This document shows positions 30,073 to 38,651 of a DNA stretch of 64,000 nucleotides, in pieces (the stretch's first letter is position 1; every line of letters starts with the position of its first letter). The DNA is from Candidatus Bathyarchaeia archaeon (lineage in GTDB: Archaea > Thermoproteota > Bathyarchaeia > 40CM-2-53-6): NCBI GenBank assembly GCA_050013255.1, contig JBEKFP010000002.1, forward strand, positions 705,185 to 769,184. Direction: 5' to 3'. Both the position numbers and the translations under genes were made by a program. Under the pieces are notes generated by a model, which searched no databases, was not told the origin of the DNA, and worked only from the letters and a program-made list of their open reading frames with translations.

Positions 30073-30888
30073 ATGGTCAAGAAATGCCCATCATGCGGCT
30101 ACAATAACCGCGACGACGCAGCATTCTGTTCAAGTTGTGGATCCTCAGTCGGTGGCTCAGTGGGGCCAGCACTCAAACCAGTCCCTTCAGTCCGCGTTGT
30201 GACTCCCGTCAGCCCGGGCAACCCAATCAGGGTTCCGGCACCCGGCCAATGCTACTATCACCCCAACCTGCCCGCCGTCTACGTCTGTAACCGGTGTGGA
30301 AGAGCAATTTGCCGCGACGACTCCAAGGCCTACATGGACCTGGTACTCTGTCCGCAGTGTTACCAAGGCGTTGTACCAATGGTAGCAGCTCCGCAAATGC
30401 AACAACCACCTATGCAAATGCAACAACCTATGCAGATGCAGCAACCACCTATGCAAATGGGACCACCACCTATGCAAATGCAAATGGGACCACCGATGGG
30501 TGGCCCTCAGGCTTTCATGGCGCCGATGCCACAATACTATCAACCGTCCCCGCCAAGAGCGCTATGGGGATTCATACTAGCAATGATTGCAGGAATCCTC
30601 GTGATCCTTAACGCAGCAGCTTTGCTCTCACCAAGTTTCTACAGCTTATGGACCGGCATCTTCTTCTGGTTGCCAGCTGTTGGCCCCCCGAGCCTAACGT
30701 TCGCGATAGGCGCGATTATCGGGCTCATACTGGTAATCGGATCGATACTAATGCTGCTAGGATTCGGTACAATTGGAAGCATCGTAGTCTTTCCGTTGGC
30801 GGTCCTGAGCCTGTTGATCGGCGGAGGGTTTGTGGCCGGATTCGTTTTGGGCGTGCTGGGCGGAATACTCGGCATGCTCGGACGCTAG
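30073..30888 (+). CDS. Zinc-ribbon + B-box-type zinc finger + P/Q/M-rich linker + C-terminal membrane domain protein
   Basis: CPSC..FCSSC; CYYHP..AVYVCNRCGRAIC...LCPQC; QQPPMQM repeats; about 4 Gly-rich TMs; GGAGG SD upstream. Confidence 0.85.
   Translation: MVKKCPSCGYNNRDDAAFCSSCGSSVGGSVGPALKPVPSVRVVTPVSPGNPIRVPAPGQCYYHPNLPAVYVCNRCGRAICRDDSKAYMDLVLCPQCYQGVVPMVAAPQMQQPPMQMQQPMQMQQPPMQMGPPPMQMQMGPPMGGPQAFMAPMPQYYQPSPPRALWGFILAMIAGILVILNAAALLSPSFYSLWTGIFFWLPAVGPPSLTFAIGAIIGLILVIGSILMLLGFGTIGSIVVFPLAVLSLLIGGGFVAGFVLGVLGGILGMLGR
30391..30500 (+). repeat. Imperfect coding tandem repeat (CAACCACCTATGCAAATG-like units) encoding a Q/P/M linker
   Basis: About 5 units of 15-21 nt visible in the sequence. 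Confidence 0.8.
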
Positions 30889-30943
30889 GGCCAAAAGGAA
30901 AATTCCCGTTTTTTTGTTTCCTTCCGATTTCTGGGTGTAGGCT

Positions 30944-32215
30944 TTGTCCTACGTGAGCATAGGGAAGCCTGTTAACGAAAAGATAGTGCACGCTGCGCGT
31001 AACAACAAAAATGAGATCGTCGGCCTGCTATTAGGAAGACTTGAAGGTAATACGCTAATAATAGAAAACTCAATTACCGGTGAATCCTCAGCCGCGCCGC
31101 ACAGGGTAAGCCTCTCTTCGAACGCTCTGGCGAAAATCGCGGACGGGCTTGTGACTGGGCTAATAAAAGGGAACATTGTGGGTTGGTACCATTCACATAC
31201 CTTGGGCGGACTTTTCTTCTCTGAAACAGACATCGAGACTCAAAGAACCCTTCAGCAATTCTCGAAACTGATTGTGGGAATGGTCGTGGACACATTGACC
31301 GGGGAAGTTGGGTTCTTTCGCGTGGACTCTCGGACAGGTGAGGCCGTACGTTTACCCGCTGAGAGGATCAGTGTCTTTTCCGGAGTTTATGAAGCGATTC
31401 CCCAAGAAACGATTGCTCCCCGCATGAGTGTACCAACGCTGGAAGTAGGGAGTGCAACTCCATCAAGGATGCCTCGAACACTCGGCGTTTTCGGGGCCGT
31501 GGGTCCCGTCATTTATCTTTCAGCCCTGTTGCTTGGCGGGTTTCTGTGGCCCGGCTACTCACAATACCGCGATACAGTTAGCACTCTCACTTCGGCAAGT
31601 TCACCCAATCAAGTCAGAGAGGTAATGCTTCTCCTCTTCGGGCTCTACAATGTCTGCGTAATCCTCTTGGCGGTCGGCCTCTACTACGGAATCGAGGGCG
31701 GGCACCTCTGGGGACCAGTGTCGCTTTTGGGCACGGGCGCCTTAGGCCTAGTCCTGTTTCTGTTTCCAGAGGACTATCCCCAAGGGTTTCCTGTTACGAT
31801 AACGGGCACCTTCCACATTGTGCTTGCCGGAGTCATCACCTTCCTCTCGCTGACCGCAATGGCATTCTTTTGGCGTCATTTCCGCCCCGACCCACACTGG
31901 AAGAATTACGTCCATTTCAGCATCGCAATGCTGCCGATCTCGACCGCCCTTGGTGTGTTTGTAGTAATCTCGATTTCCGCTCCGTACCTAGGACTTGCCG
32001 AACGTTTGTCGATTGGTTCAATCTTGTTCTGGATGGAGGCTGTCTCAATTAGACTTATCCTTCCCAGAAGGAAAGGCAACACGTCAACCAACCCAGCTGT
32101 GTTAGCCGCAGGCCTAGAGTTGCGTTCAAATGTCGGGGCATCTCAGCAAGCGATATATCCCGAAAGTAATCAGGGCGGCTGGGACCGCATTTTTCCATTC
32201 GGTCCCCCCTCATAG
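30944..32215 (+). CDS. Rpn11-like JAMM/MPN+ metalloprotease fused to a DUF998-like multi-pass membrane domain
   Basis: NEIVGLLLG...IVGWYHSH-x7-S-x2-D (FSETDIETQ); C-terminal about 6 TMs with PGYS..DTVS.L and GLAERL. Confidence 0.88.
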   Translation: MSYVSIGKPVNEKIVHAARNNKNEIVGLLLGRLEGNTLIIENSITGESSAAPHRVSLSSNALAKIADGLVTGLIKGNIVGWYHSHTLGGLFFSETDIETQRTLQQFSKLIVGMVVDTLTGEVGFFRVDSRTGEAVRLPAERISVFSGVYEAIPQETIAPRMSVPTLEVGSATPSRMPRTLGVFGAVGPVIYLSALLLGGFLWPGYSQYRDTVSTLTSASSPNQVREVMLLLFGLYNVCVILLAVGLYYGIEGGHLWGPVSLLGTGALGLVLFLFPEDYPQGFPVTITGTFHIVLAGVITFLSLTAMAFFWRHFRPDPHWKNYVHFSIAMLPISTALGVFVVISISAPYLGLAERLSIGSILFWMEAVSIRLILPRRKGNTSTNPAVLAAGLELRSNVGASQQAIYPESNQGGWDRIFPFGPPS

Positions 32216-32255
32216 TAAGATAGTTTAAGCACATCTGTGAAAATGAAAGGTCAGC

Positions 32256-32522
32256 ATGAGTGGAGGTGAAACGTCGCAAATGAAACTTTTTGTTCAAGCG
32301 CCTATTGGCCCTCAGACAGGCCTTGCGGAGATCGATGTTATTCCAGACCACACGGTTGCGGAGATAAAGCAACAGGTCTGCCAATCCTTCAACGTTGACC
32401 CAAGTACTGTGGCTCTCATGTATGGTGGCGCAATACTGGACGAGAGCACGACCGTTGCAAGGTTAGGCATTCCAGAGAATTCTCAGCTTGCACTCATGCC
32501 ATACAATATCATCGGCGGGTAG
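32256..32522 (+). CDS. Eukaryote-like ubiquitin
   Basis: MKLFVQ...DHTVAEIKQQV...LMYGGAILDESTTVARLGIPENSQL pattern matches the Ub beta-grasp; ends in GG-stop. Confidence 0.92.
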   Translation: MSGGETSQMKLFVQAPIGPQTGLAEIDVIPDHTVAEIKQQVCQSFNVDPSTVALMYGGAILDESTTVARLGIPENSQLALMPYNIIGG

Positions 32523-32533
32523 TCTGACTAGCA

Positions 32534-33130
32534 ATGGATGTTCCACTCCTGCTCAAGGAGAAGAACCTGCTCAACCACCAATTCCCAACAGTCACCGCAA
32601 TGAACGATCCTCCAACCCAATTCGAAGGCCTGATCCGCTGCGAAAAGGGGGAGGTCATGAAGCTATCGGAGAAGGGAGTCTGGCCCTTCACTGATTACAC
32701 CAACTGGCACCGGTTCAGACTTGACATTCCCCCAGAATACCCGTTGAAACCACCCGTGGCGACTTGGCTCACGGAAATTTCACACCCAAACATAGTACCG
32801 AAAATCCCGAATGCTGTATGCGTTTCAATACTCGGAGAAAAATGGGACCCCAGACTGAAACTCATTTCGGTCGTAAATGCGTTACATTACCTGCTAACGG
32901 ATCCGAACCCTCAGAGCGTGTTCGACAATCCCCGCGCCCTCAAAGCGGCAAACGTATGCCGCTCCTATGGATTCCCCAAAATGACAAAAGTCAAACCGAA
33001 AAGTAAGGAAACCGACGACATCGTCCGATTCAACGTGGTGCCTGTGCCAGAAACGAGGAATGCGGCTTCAGAGGCTGGGGATATCGTTAGGTTCGACCTT
33101 TCTGGACGGGGACATCGAGCGTCTTCTTGA
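32534..33130 (+). CDS. Ubiquitin-conjugating enzyme E2 (UBC fold)
   Basis: FRLDIPPEYPLKPP...HPNI...VCVSIL..KWDP...LLTDPNP; HPN motif and catalytic Cys intact. Confidence 0.95.
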   Translation: MDVPLLLKEKNLLNHQFPTVTAMNDPPTQFEGLIRCEKGEVMKLSEKGVWPFTDYTNWHRFRLDIPPEYPLKPPVATWLTEISHPNIVPKIPNAVCVSILGEKWDPRLKLISVVNALHYLLTDPNPQSVFDNPRALKAANVCRSYGFPKMTKVKPKSKETDDIVRFNVVPVPETRNAASEAGDIVRFDLSGRGHRASS

Positions 33131-34371
33131 TGCGCGTGAATGCTTCCCTCCCTTCCTACAAGCAAATAGAAGTGGAGCTGAACCCCAACAAGACGGCGAG
33201 AGACCTTAAAGGAATAATTTGCAAAAAACTAGGGATCGAACCTGAACTCACCAGACTACTAGCCCACGGGAAACCGCTACCGGATCATACACGTCTCTCG
33301 AGAATTAAGGAAACGGTGACCATTGACTACCTGTGGGCGCGACACTTGCTCCTCTGGGGCCTGGATGGCCAAAGAAGGATAAGAGATTCATCGGTGCTCC
33401 TCGCAGGCGCCGGCGCCATTGGCAACGAGGTAGCCAAGAACCTAGCTATGCTAGGTGTCGGGCGAATTATCATCGTAGATAGGGACACCGTGGAAATGTC
33501 TAATGTTAGCCGCATGGTCTTCTTCGAAAAAAGCGACTTGGGAAAGAACAAGGCTGAAGTCCTTGCAAGGAAAATCCACAGGAAATATCCCTTCGTCCAA
33601 ACGATCGCCTTCCGTGGCGCCCTTGAACGATTGCCACTGAAATTCTATTTGGATTCAAACGTGATAGTGTGCGGCCTCGACAACGTCGTTTCGCGAATCT
33701 TCCTAACCCAGATCTGCAGAAAATACTCTGTCCCGTTGGTTGATGGCGGAATCACGGGGATGAACGGCAGAATCCACGTATACCTCCCCCCCAACGATGC
33801 CTGCCCTGTATGCATGTTTCCGCCCAACCAATACTCGAAAATCGTTGGTTTGCGAAACCCGTGTGACGCCCCGTTGGAGCAGGAAGCCGTCCCATCCTTT
33901 TCGACAACAATCTCACTGGTCTCATCAATACTTGCCCAAGAAACGATCAAGCTGATCATTGGAATGGAAGAATACCGATCCAATGCAAGATGGCCAGAAA
34001 GTAGCGGCCAGCCACTAAGGTCAGTTCTGTTCTTGGATTTGAGAAATAATCGGTACACTCCGATGGATTTGAAGCGAGGCGAGAAATGCCTCGTATGCGG
34101 AAAGGAGGGGACGACCAGGGAACCTGCCCAACGGGGCGACCTAATGATCTCCACGGTCAGTCGTTCAAAGGGGAATTTGGCTGAAAACATTCGTCGCCAC
34201 GCCAAAATCGATGGCAAAGTGCTGCGCATACTCTTAGAAACGTCTGAGGGAACAAGGTTGTTGGATGGGCATTCGAAGCGGGGAAAGAGTGTGGGCCGAG
34301 GTGACTATCTCAGGGTTCTTGTTGACGGCAAAGACGAGGAGTTTCATGAATCAATTCTAAGGTTGACGTAG
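33127..34371 (+). CDS. Ubiquitin-activating enzyme E1 (ThiF/MoeB fold) with an N-terminal ubiquitin-like domain
   Basis: N-terminal Ubl (KTARDLKGIICKKLGIEPELTRLLAHGKPLPD); RHLLLWG, GAGAIGNEVAKNL, DRDTVEMSNVSR, GLDN, CPVC, NPC (candidate catalytic Cys), CLVC. Confidence 0.93.
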   Translation: MMRVNASLPSYKQIEVELNPNKTARDLKGIICKKLGIEPELTRLLAHGKPLPDHTRLSRIKETVTIDYLWARHLLLWGLDGQRRIRDSSVLLAGAGAIGNEVAKNLAMLGVGRIIIVDRDTVEMSNVSRMVFFEKSDLGKNKAEVLARKIHRKYPFVQTIAFRGALERLPLKFYLDSNVIVCGLDNVVSRIFLTQICRKYSVPLVDGGITGMNGRIHVYLPPNDACPVCMFPPNQYSKIVGLRNPCDAPLEQEAVPSFSTTISLVSSILAQETIKLIIGMEEYRSNARWPESSGQPLRSVLFLDLRNNRYTPMDLKRGEKCLVCGKEGTTREPAQRGDLMISTVSRSKGNLAENIRRHAKIDGKVLRILLETSEGTRLLDGHSKRGKSVGRGDYLRVLVDGKDEEFHESILRLT

Positions 34372-34512
34372 GAAGAATCTTGTATCAACCGTGTCACACA
34401 TTCGCAAGAGACCTATCGCCAAAGCCATCAATTGCCACATTTCACGGCGAATTTGAATGGGTAAGCGCATCCGCGCTTAAGTAACCGTTAAGAAATGCTT
34501 GATACCAATTGA

Positions 34513-34929
34513 ATGCGTGGTTCAAAGATGCCAATGTGTCAGGCCTGTGGCAAAGCCAACTCGGATGATGCAAGGTACTGTTTCAGCTGCGGCGTGTCGC
34601 TTGTCAATATACCACCTGTCAAAGTTGATGTGAAGTCACCTCTGACAGCTTCCATGAAGCCAACCCCCGCAGCTCCTATGTCCCCATTAACCTATGCTCC
34701 GAGGCAATTGCAGAGGCAAGGAAGCTGCTACTATCACTCCGAGTTGCCATCAGCATTCGTCTGCTCAAGATGTGGAAGGTCAATTTGTGCATCCTGTAAC
34801 AGACAATATGGAGTCCTAAGCCTGTGCACGGAATGTTACTGGGGATTGGCGCCGAAGCTGGGGTCTCAATCCGACCAATACGTGATGGGTGGCGAACAGC
34901 AAGCGCGTTCACCCTTCTCGCCTTTCTAG
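34513..34929 (+). CDS. Soluble zinc-ribbon + B-box-type zinc-finger protein (paralog of the 30073 N-terminus)
   Basis: CQACG..NSDDARYCFSCG; CYYH..AFVCSRCGRSICASC...LCTEC. Confidence 0.85.
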   Translation: MRGSKMPMCQACGKANSDDARYCFSCGVSLVNIPPVKVDVKSPLTASMKPTPAAPMSPLTYAPRQLQRQGSCYYHSELPSAFVCSRCGRSICASCNRQYGVLSLCTECYWGLAPKLGSQSDQYVMGGEQQARSPFSPF

Positions 34930-36626
34930 GCTAAGCGACCCTGATTCTTTAGCCGACTCGTTATTGTCTTGAGTTCTTCAATAGGAATTCCGAGTTCCGC
35001 TGAGGCCGTGCTTAACGAGATTACGCCTTCATGCTTCACGATGTAATCGTATACCTTATCATCCAAAGGCGGTACCATGGGCGCTTCCATCGGAGCTCCG
35101 CACTTTTCACAGAATGTCCCCTTCGGAACAAGATTCCCACAGGTACTGCAAATCTGCATTCCAACCGGGGCGGTGGGCGCGCCTACTGAAGCAGGAGGAT
35201 TAAGCATTGGTCGCGCACGGTCGAACGCACCGCGTCTGCGTGCAAGAACGAACGCCACCGCGACGACCACGACCGCGATTCCGCCACCACCAAAGAGTTC
35301 GACAAGCGGAAGATAGTCAAAGCTCCACTCAGCTTGGACAACGTACGGTCTGTCCACAGTCAGACTCCATGAATGATCAGTCTTCGTGAGGACCCCTGAC
35401 GAGGGCTCGAGCTGCCAACCAGTTAGAGTGTATGAAATAGGCCAAGTTTGAGAACTAGTAGTGGCAGTGATATTTGCTGTGGACCCGCGGTCATACCACC
35501 CTGACCCTGCAACCGAACCCTGCGAAGATCGCACATCCACATAATACTGGGTCTTGTACGAGATGGTGATTGTACGCGGCTGATCCATGACCACTGTGTA
35601 GGACGGGTTTGAAGAAGTTGAATTATTGTCGGTCCAACCGATGAAGCTAAGGCGCTCGACGGAGCTCAATTTGACAGTTGATGGAGCTGGGCCAAGCTGG
35701 ACATTTGAGTTGACATCATACCAGCCTGCATGAGATTCGTTATATCCTGAGGAAATGCTCACTGGGTTGTATTGAACGGCAAGCAAGTATTGAGCGAGAA
35801 AATTCGCACTGACTGTCTGTGGCCGGTCCATTAGGACCCGCCCAGTCGTTGATTGACCCGAGTAGTCTCCGCTCCAGTGTTCAAACATAAGACGCGTATT
35901 GTCACTGGCCGGCAGAACTGCAGCAGCGGAGAAGGTCGCTTCGCTCCCCGAATCATACCAACCAGAGCCGGAGAGGCCCGAAACGTTGGCGGGGTTGGAC
36001 ACCACTGTCAAAAGGAATTGCGTCTTCCAGTTCGCTATGGCGGTCTTCGGCCCAGTCATGAATATTTGCGCCGTAGTCAAACTAGTTCCAGACGCGTCTC
36101 CTGACCATCCTGTGAAGACTTCTCGTGTTCCTTGACCCTGATCGACATTCGCGTCATTCACGGTCGCTTGCACCGCCGTGTCAGATTCATACCACCCTTG
36201 ACCGGTCGAGGTGCTGTAAGATGTTTTTACGGTGAGATAGTATTGCGCTGTGTAAGTGAAAATGTGGCTGCCGGCCGCGGTGAAGCTCCATGACGCGTCC
36301 TGCTCATAGAAACGCGTGCCGTTAGCTAAGATGCTATTCGGGACGTAAGAATCTACTGTGATTATGTGGCCGGTGTTTGGAACGGAGAACGTTAAGGAAA
36401 GGGTCTGGCCCCCGTTAATGGTTGTGTTGAAGGTCCCATCAACGTAGAGGTTAGTGCTAACGGTTGATGGAAGGCCTGCTATGCTAACTGAAACCGAGTA
36501 AGAGAGCTGGGCTCCGACATATGGTGTGATAAGACCAGCTACGACAAGGCAAAACGCGAGCGTTAACAATGGCCGCGCGGAAAGATGCAACCCCGGTCTT
36601 CTCGTCTCGTGAGTTCGAAGCCCCAT
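34926..36626 (-). CDS. Single-pass surface protein: extracellular beta-repeat domains, TM, cytoplasmic double zinc ribbon and wHTH (PCI-like) tail
   Basis: Signal peptide; four QY.L.V...G.GWYD...GW...MD.P repeats; TM then RRRG; CSTC/CEKC; KVYDYIVKHEGVISLSTASAELGI. Confidence 0.8.
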   Translation of the reverse strand: MGLRTHETRRPGLHLSARPLLTLAFCLVVAGLITPYVGAQLSYSVSVSIAGLPSTVSTNLYVDGTFNTTINGGQTLSLTFSVPNTGHIITVDSYVPNSILANGTRFYEQDASWSFTAAGSHIFTYTAQYYLTVKTSYSTSTGQGWYESDTAVQATVNDANVDQGQGTREVFTGWSGDASGTSLTTAQIFMTGPKTAIANWKTQFLLTVVSNPANVSGLSGSGWYDSGSEATFSAAAVLPASDNTRLMFEHWSGDYSGQSTTGRVLMDRPQTVSANFLAQYLLAVQYNPVSISSGYNESHAGWYDVNSNVQLGPAPSTVKLSSVERLSFIGWTDNNSTSSNPSYTVVMDQPRTITISYKTQYYVDVRSSQGSVAGSGWYDRGSTANITATTSSQTWPISYTLTGWQLEPSSGVLTKTDHSWSLTVDRPYVVQAEWSFDYLPLVELFGGGGIAVVVVAVAFVLARRRGAFDRARPMLNPPASVGAPTAPVGMQICSTCGNLVPKGTFCEKCGAPMEAPMVPPLDDKVYDYIVKHEGVISLSTASAELGIPIEELKTITSRLKNQGRLA

Positions 36627-37235
36627 GCCTTAAGTATTTTAGAGCACGCTATAGTGTTGGTTAAACCGCGAAAAGGGTTTCATTTTGAGCTGATTCAATG
36701 AAAATTGAATTCAGTTGCATGGAAACTTACTTTGAAAGTAGTAACTCAACAAGGTCGATAAGAGAACGCCTCCGATGAGAGCAGACTTCCGACAATTCTC
36801 CTTGAAGAGCTAACGCAGATATAACGCCCCGACAGAAGAACATGACAGGAAGTGGCCTTTGTACGTGCCTAGCCGGTCTGTGTCGAAAAAAATGAGACAA
36901 TAACAACTAGATTCCTGCTCGTTCAATTGCTCTGTTAAACATGTAGTCCCATAGCGTCCTCGGGTATTTGCCCCCTTCGTCCAAAAAGATCCTCAATCTC
37001 GATAAATGATGCATTTTGGATGTTCTCTGTAGAGACCAAGCGCTTTGAGGTACAAGGCCTTCGCGACTGTGCCTCCATCAGTAAAACAGGAGTCAGAGTC
37101 TTTCGGTAGATCTCTTCGACCCTTCTCTTGGCTCCGTCGGTGAAATCATGGGAAAGAACCAAGAACCCCAAAGATCTCGCTTCAAGTCCCCTTCTTTAGA
37201 ATTAATTTTCGTTGCCATAATTTGTGTGGTTCCGC

Positions 37236-37658
37236 TCAATTTCCTTTGTCAGTTATTGCCTGTTCTATTCCCTGTTTGAATGCATTTAGAACACTCGGTA
37301 TAACCTCAAAGTATAGAAGATGTTCTTCGTCAGGATGCGGTTCTCCGTAGTGCTTTATGGACTTGGATTCTAAGGTCAGACCGAGCCAACTTGAGAGTAT
37401 CAAGCTAGCCGCCCAGCAAAGGTTCTCAAAAGTCATCGAGGCGGGCCTTCCGTCGTTGTTAACTCTTTGATACTTTGAACTCAATTCAGCGCATAACCTC
37501 TGGGATAACTCTCTTAGCGTCTCGAAAGCCGCTGAAGCAGTATCTCCCTTTTCAGAATTAAATTTCCGAGCTAAACCCGTTAAGTTGATACCTGTTGGAT
37601 TTCTCGCGTCGAGATAGAAGATGGTGGGTTTTGCCGACGATCCTTTATTGGTAATCAT
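37236..37658 (-). CDS. Hypothetical protein
   Basis: 140-aa ATG ORF with TATA-like TTTAAA upstream; no recognisable motif. Confidence 0.5.
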   Translation of the reverse strand: MITNKGSSAKPTIFYLDARNPTGINLTGLARKFNSEKGDTASAAFETLRELSQRLCAELSSKYQRVNNDGRPASMTFENLCWAASLILSSWLGLTLESKSIKHYGEPHPDEEHLLYFEVIPSVLNAFKQGIEQAITDKGN

Positions 37659-37804
37659 GCAAACGTGTGTGCTGATCCTGACTTTAAAGAACTTCGAAGT
37701 TGTTTGGAACTAATGGTACCCACACACACAAACGACGATTCAAATTCTAGTGCTCGCACCACTAGTACCACACGCTCAACCATAATCCCGTTGGCGAAAT
37801 GGAA

Positions 37805-37969
37805 ATGGACAAACTCGTATTCATCGCAGGCCTCTTCCTCCTGATCGACGCAGTAGGCTCAATCCTACTACCCGGCAACACGCATCGCTTCTGGTACAAC
37901 GCTGAACGAGTCGCACGCGGCATACTCGCAATCGGACTCATGTATTACGCGTGGAAATACCTGAAATAG
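37805..37969 (+). CDS. 54-aa two-TM membrane microprotein (not in ORF track)
   Basis: MDKLVFIAGLFLLIDAVGSILLPGNTHRFWYNAERVARGILAIGLMYYAWKYLK*. Confidence 0.6.
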   Translation: MDKLVFIAGLFLLIDAVGSILLPGNTHRFWYNAERVARGILAIGLMYYAWKYLK

Positions 37970-38170
37970 GAAGTGGCGAAAATGAGTCAAGAACAAGATG
38001 CGGGGCGATTTGTCACGTGGCCTGAATACTTGAAAGGCCATCTGGAACGCACCAGTTATACCACATACGAAGAACCACCGGTTTGTTTCACGCCCTAGCT
38101 GTGGTTGGACAAGTTGCGTCCCATGAGAACCCACGCTCACAATTAGGGCGAAATCGCAAATATGATGCAA

Positions 38171-38281
38171 CTAAACTCGTGGACAATTCTTTTTGTGGAG
38201 TGCAAATATCTCCGGACTGTTTGTCTCGAAGCCGCATTTTTGGCAAACTGCTCGTTTTCCTTCCTGGTTAGATCCCGACAT
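38171..38281 (-). CDS. 36-aa C2HC zinc-finger microprotein, copy 1
   Basis: MSGSNQEGKRAVCQKCGFETNSPEIFALHKKNCPRV*; paralog at 39718. Confidence 0.7.
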   Translation of the reverse strand: MSGSNQEGKRAVCQKCGFETNSPEIFALHKKNCPRV

Positions 38282-38453
38282 AGCAAACTCGTTGGTCAAG
38301 GAGGCCAAGGTCAAGTAAGAACATGCCGCCGAACAACACATGTAAGAACGAGCCGCGTAAGTCTGAACCTTTCCAAAAGAAGGCTCCACCCAGATAACCC
38401 TCAGCCTTCATCGATGGCTCAGGCAATGAAATTGCGGGAACCAACGTGTCGGC

Positions 38454-38651
38454 TCATGGCGTGATCTTCCTGATTGCGCTGATTGGAAAACCGCCATGTT
38501 CTCTGGCATACTGGAGGCAGTCATCGCAAACCCACCACACATTATGAATATTATTCGTGACTTTATCGCACTTCACGGGTTTACCGTCACGTTCAACGAT
38601 GACATCGCATTTGCCTGATTCTGGAATTTGCCTCCCCATATCTATGCGCAT
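38454..38651 (-). CDS. Small Cys-rich (possible zinc-binding) hypothetical protein
   Basis: C-x12-C...CDDC pattern. Confidence 0.5.
   Translation of the reverse strand: MRIDMGRQIPESGKCDVIVERDGKPVKCDKVTNNIHNVWWVCDDCLQYAREHGGFPISAIRKITP

Noticed and set aside
32256-34371. Reading the Ubl + E1 as a ThiS/MoaD/SAMP sulfur-carrier system
   Set aside because: An adjacent true UBC E2 with catalytic Cys, the Ub-like (not MoaD-like) sequence pattern and the absence of cofactor biosynthesis genes argue for protein conjugation
30073-36626. A RING or HECT E3 in the cluster
   Set aside because: No C3HC4/C3H2C3 spacing or HECT motif found by eye; the Cys/His patterns fit zinc ribbon and B-box
36700-37200. 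Possible ORF or pseudogene remnants (e.g. 36935..37171)
   Set aside because: No recognisable motif or convincing start signals
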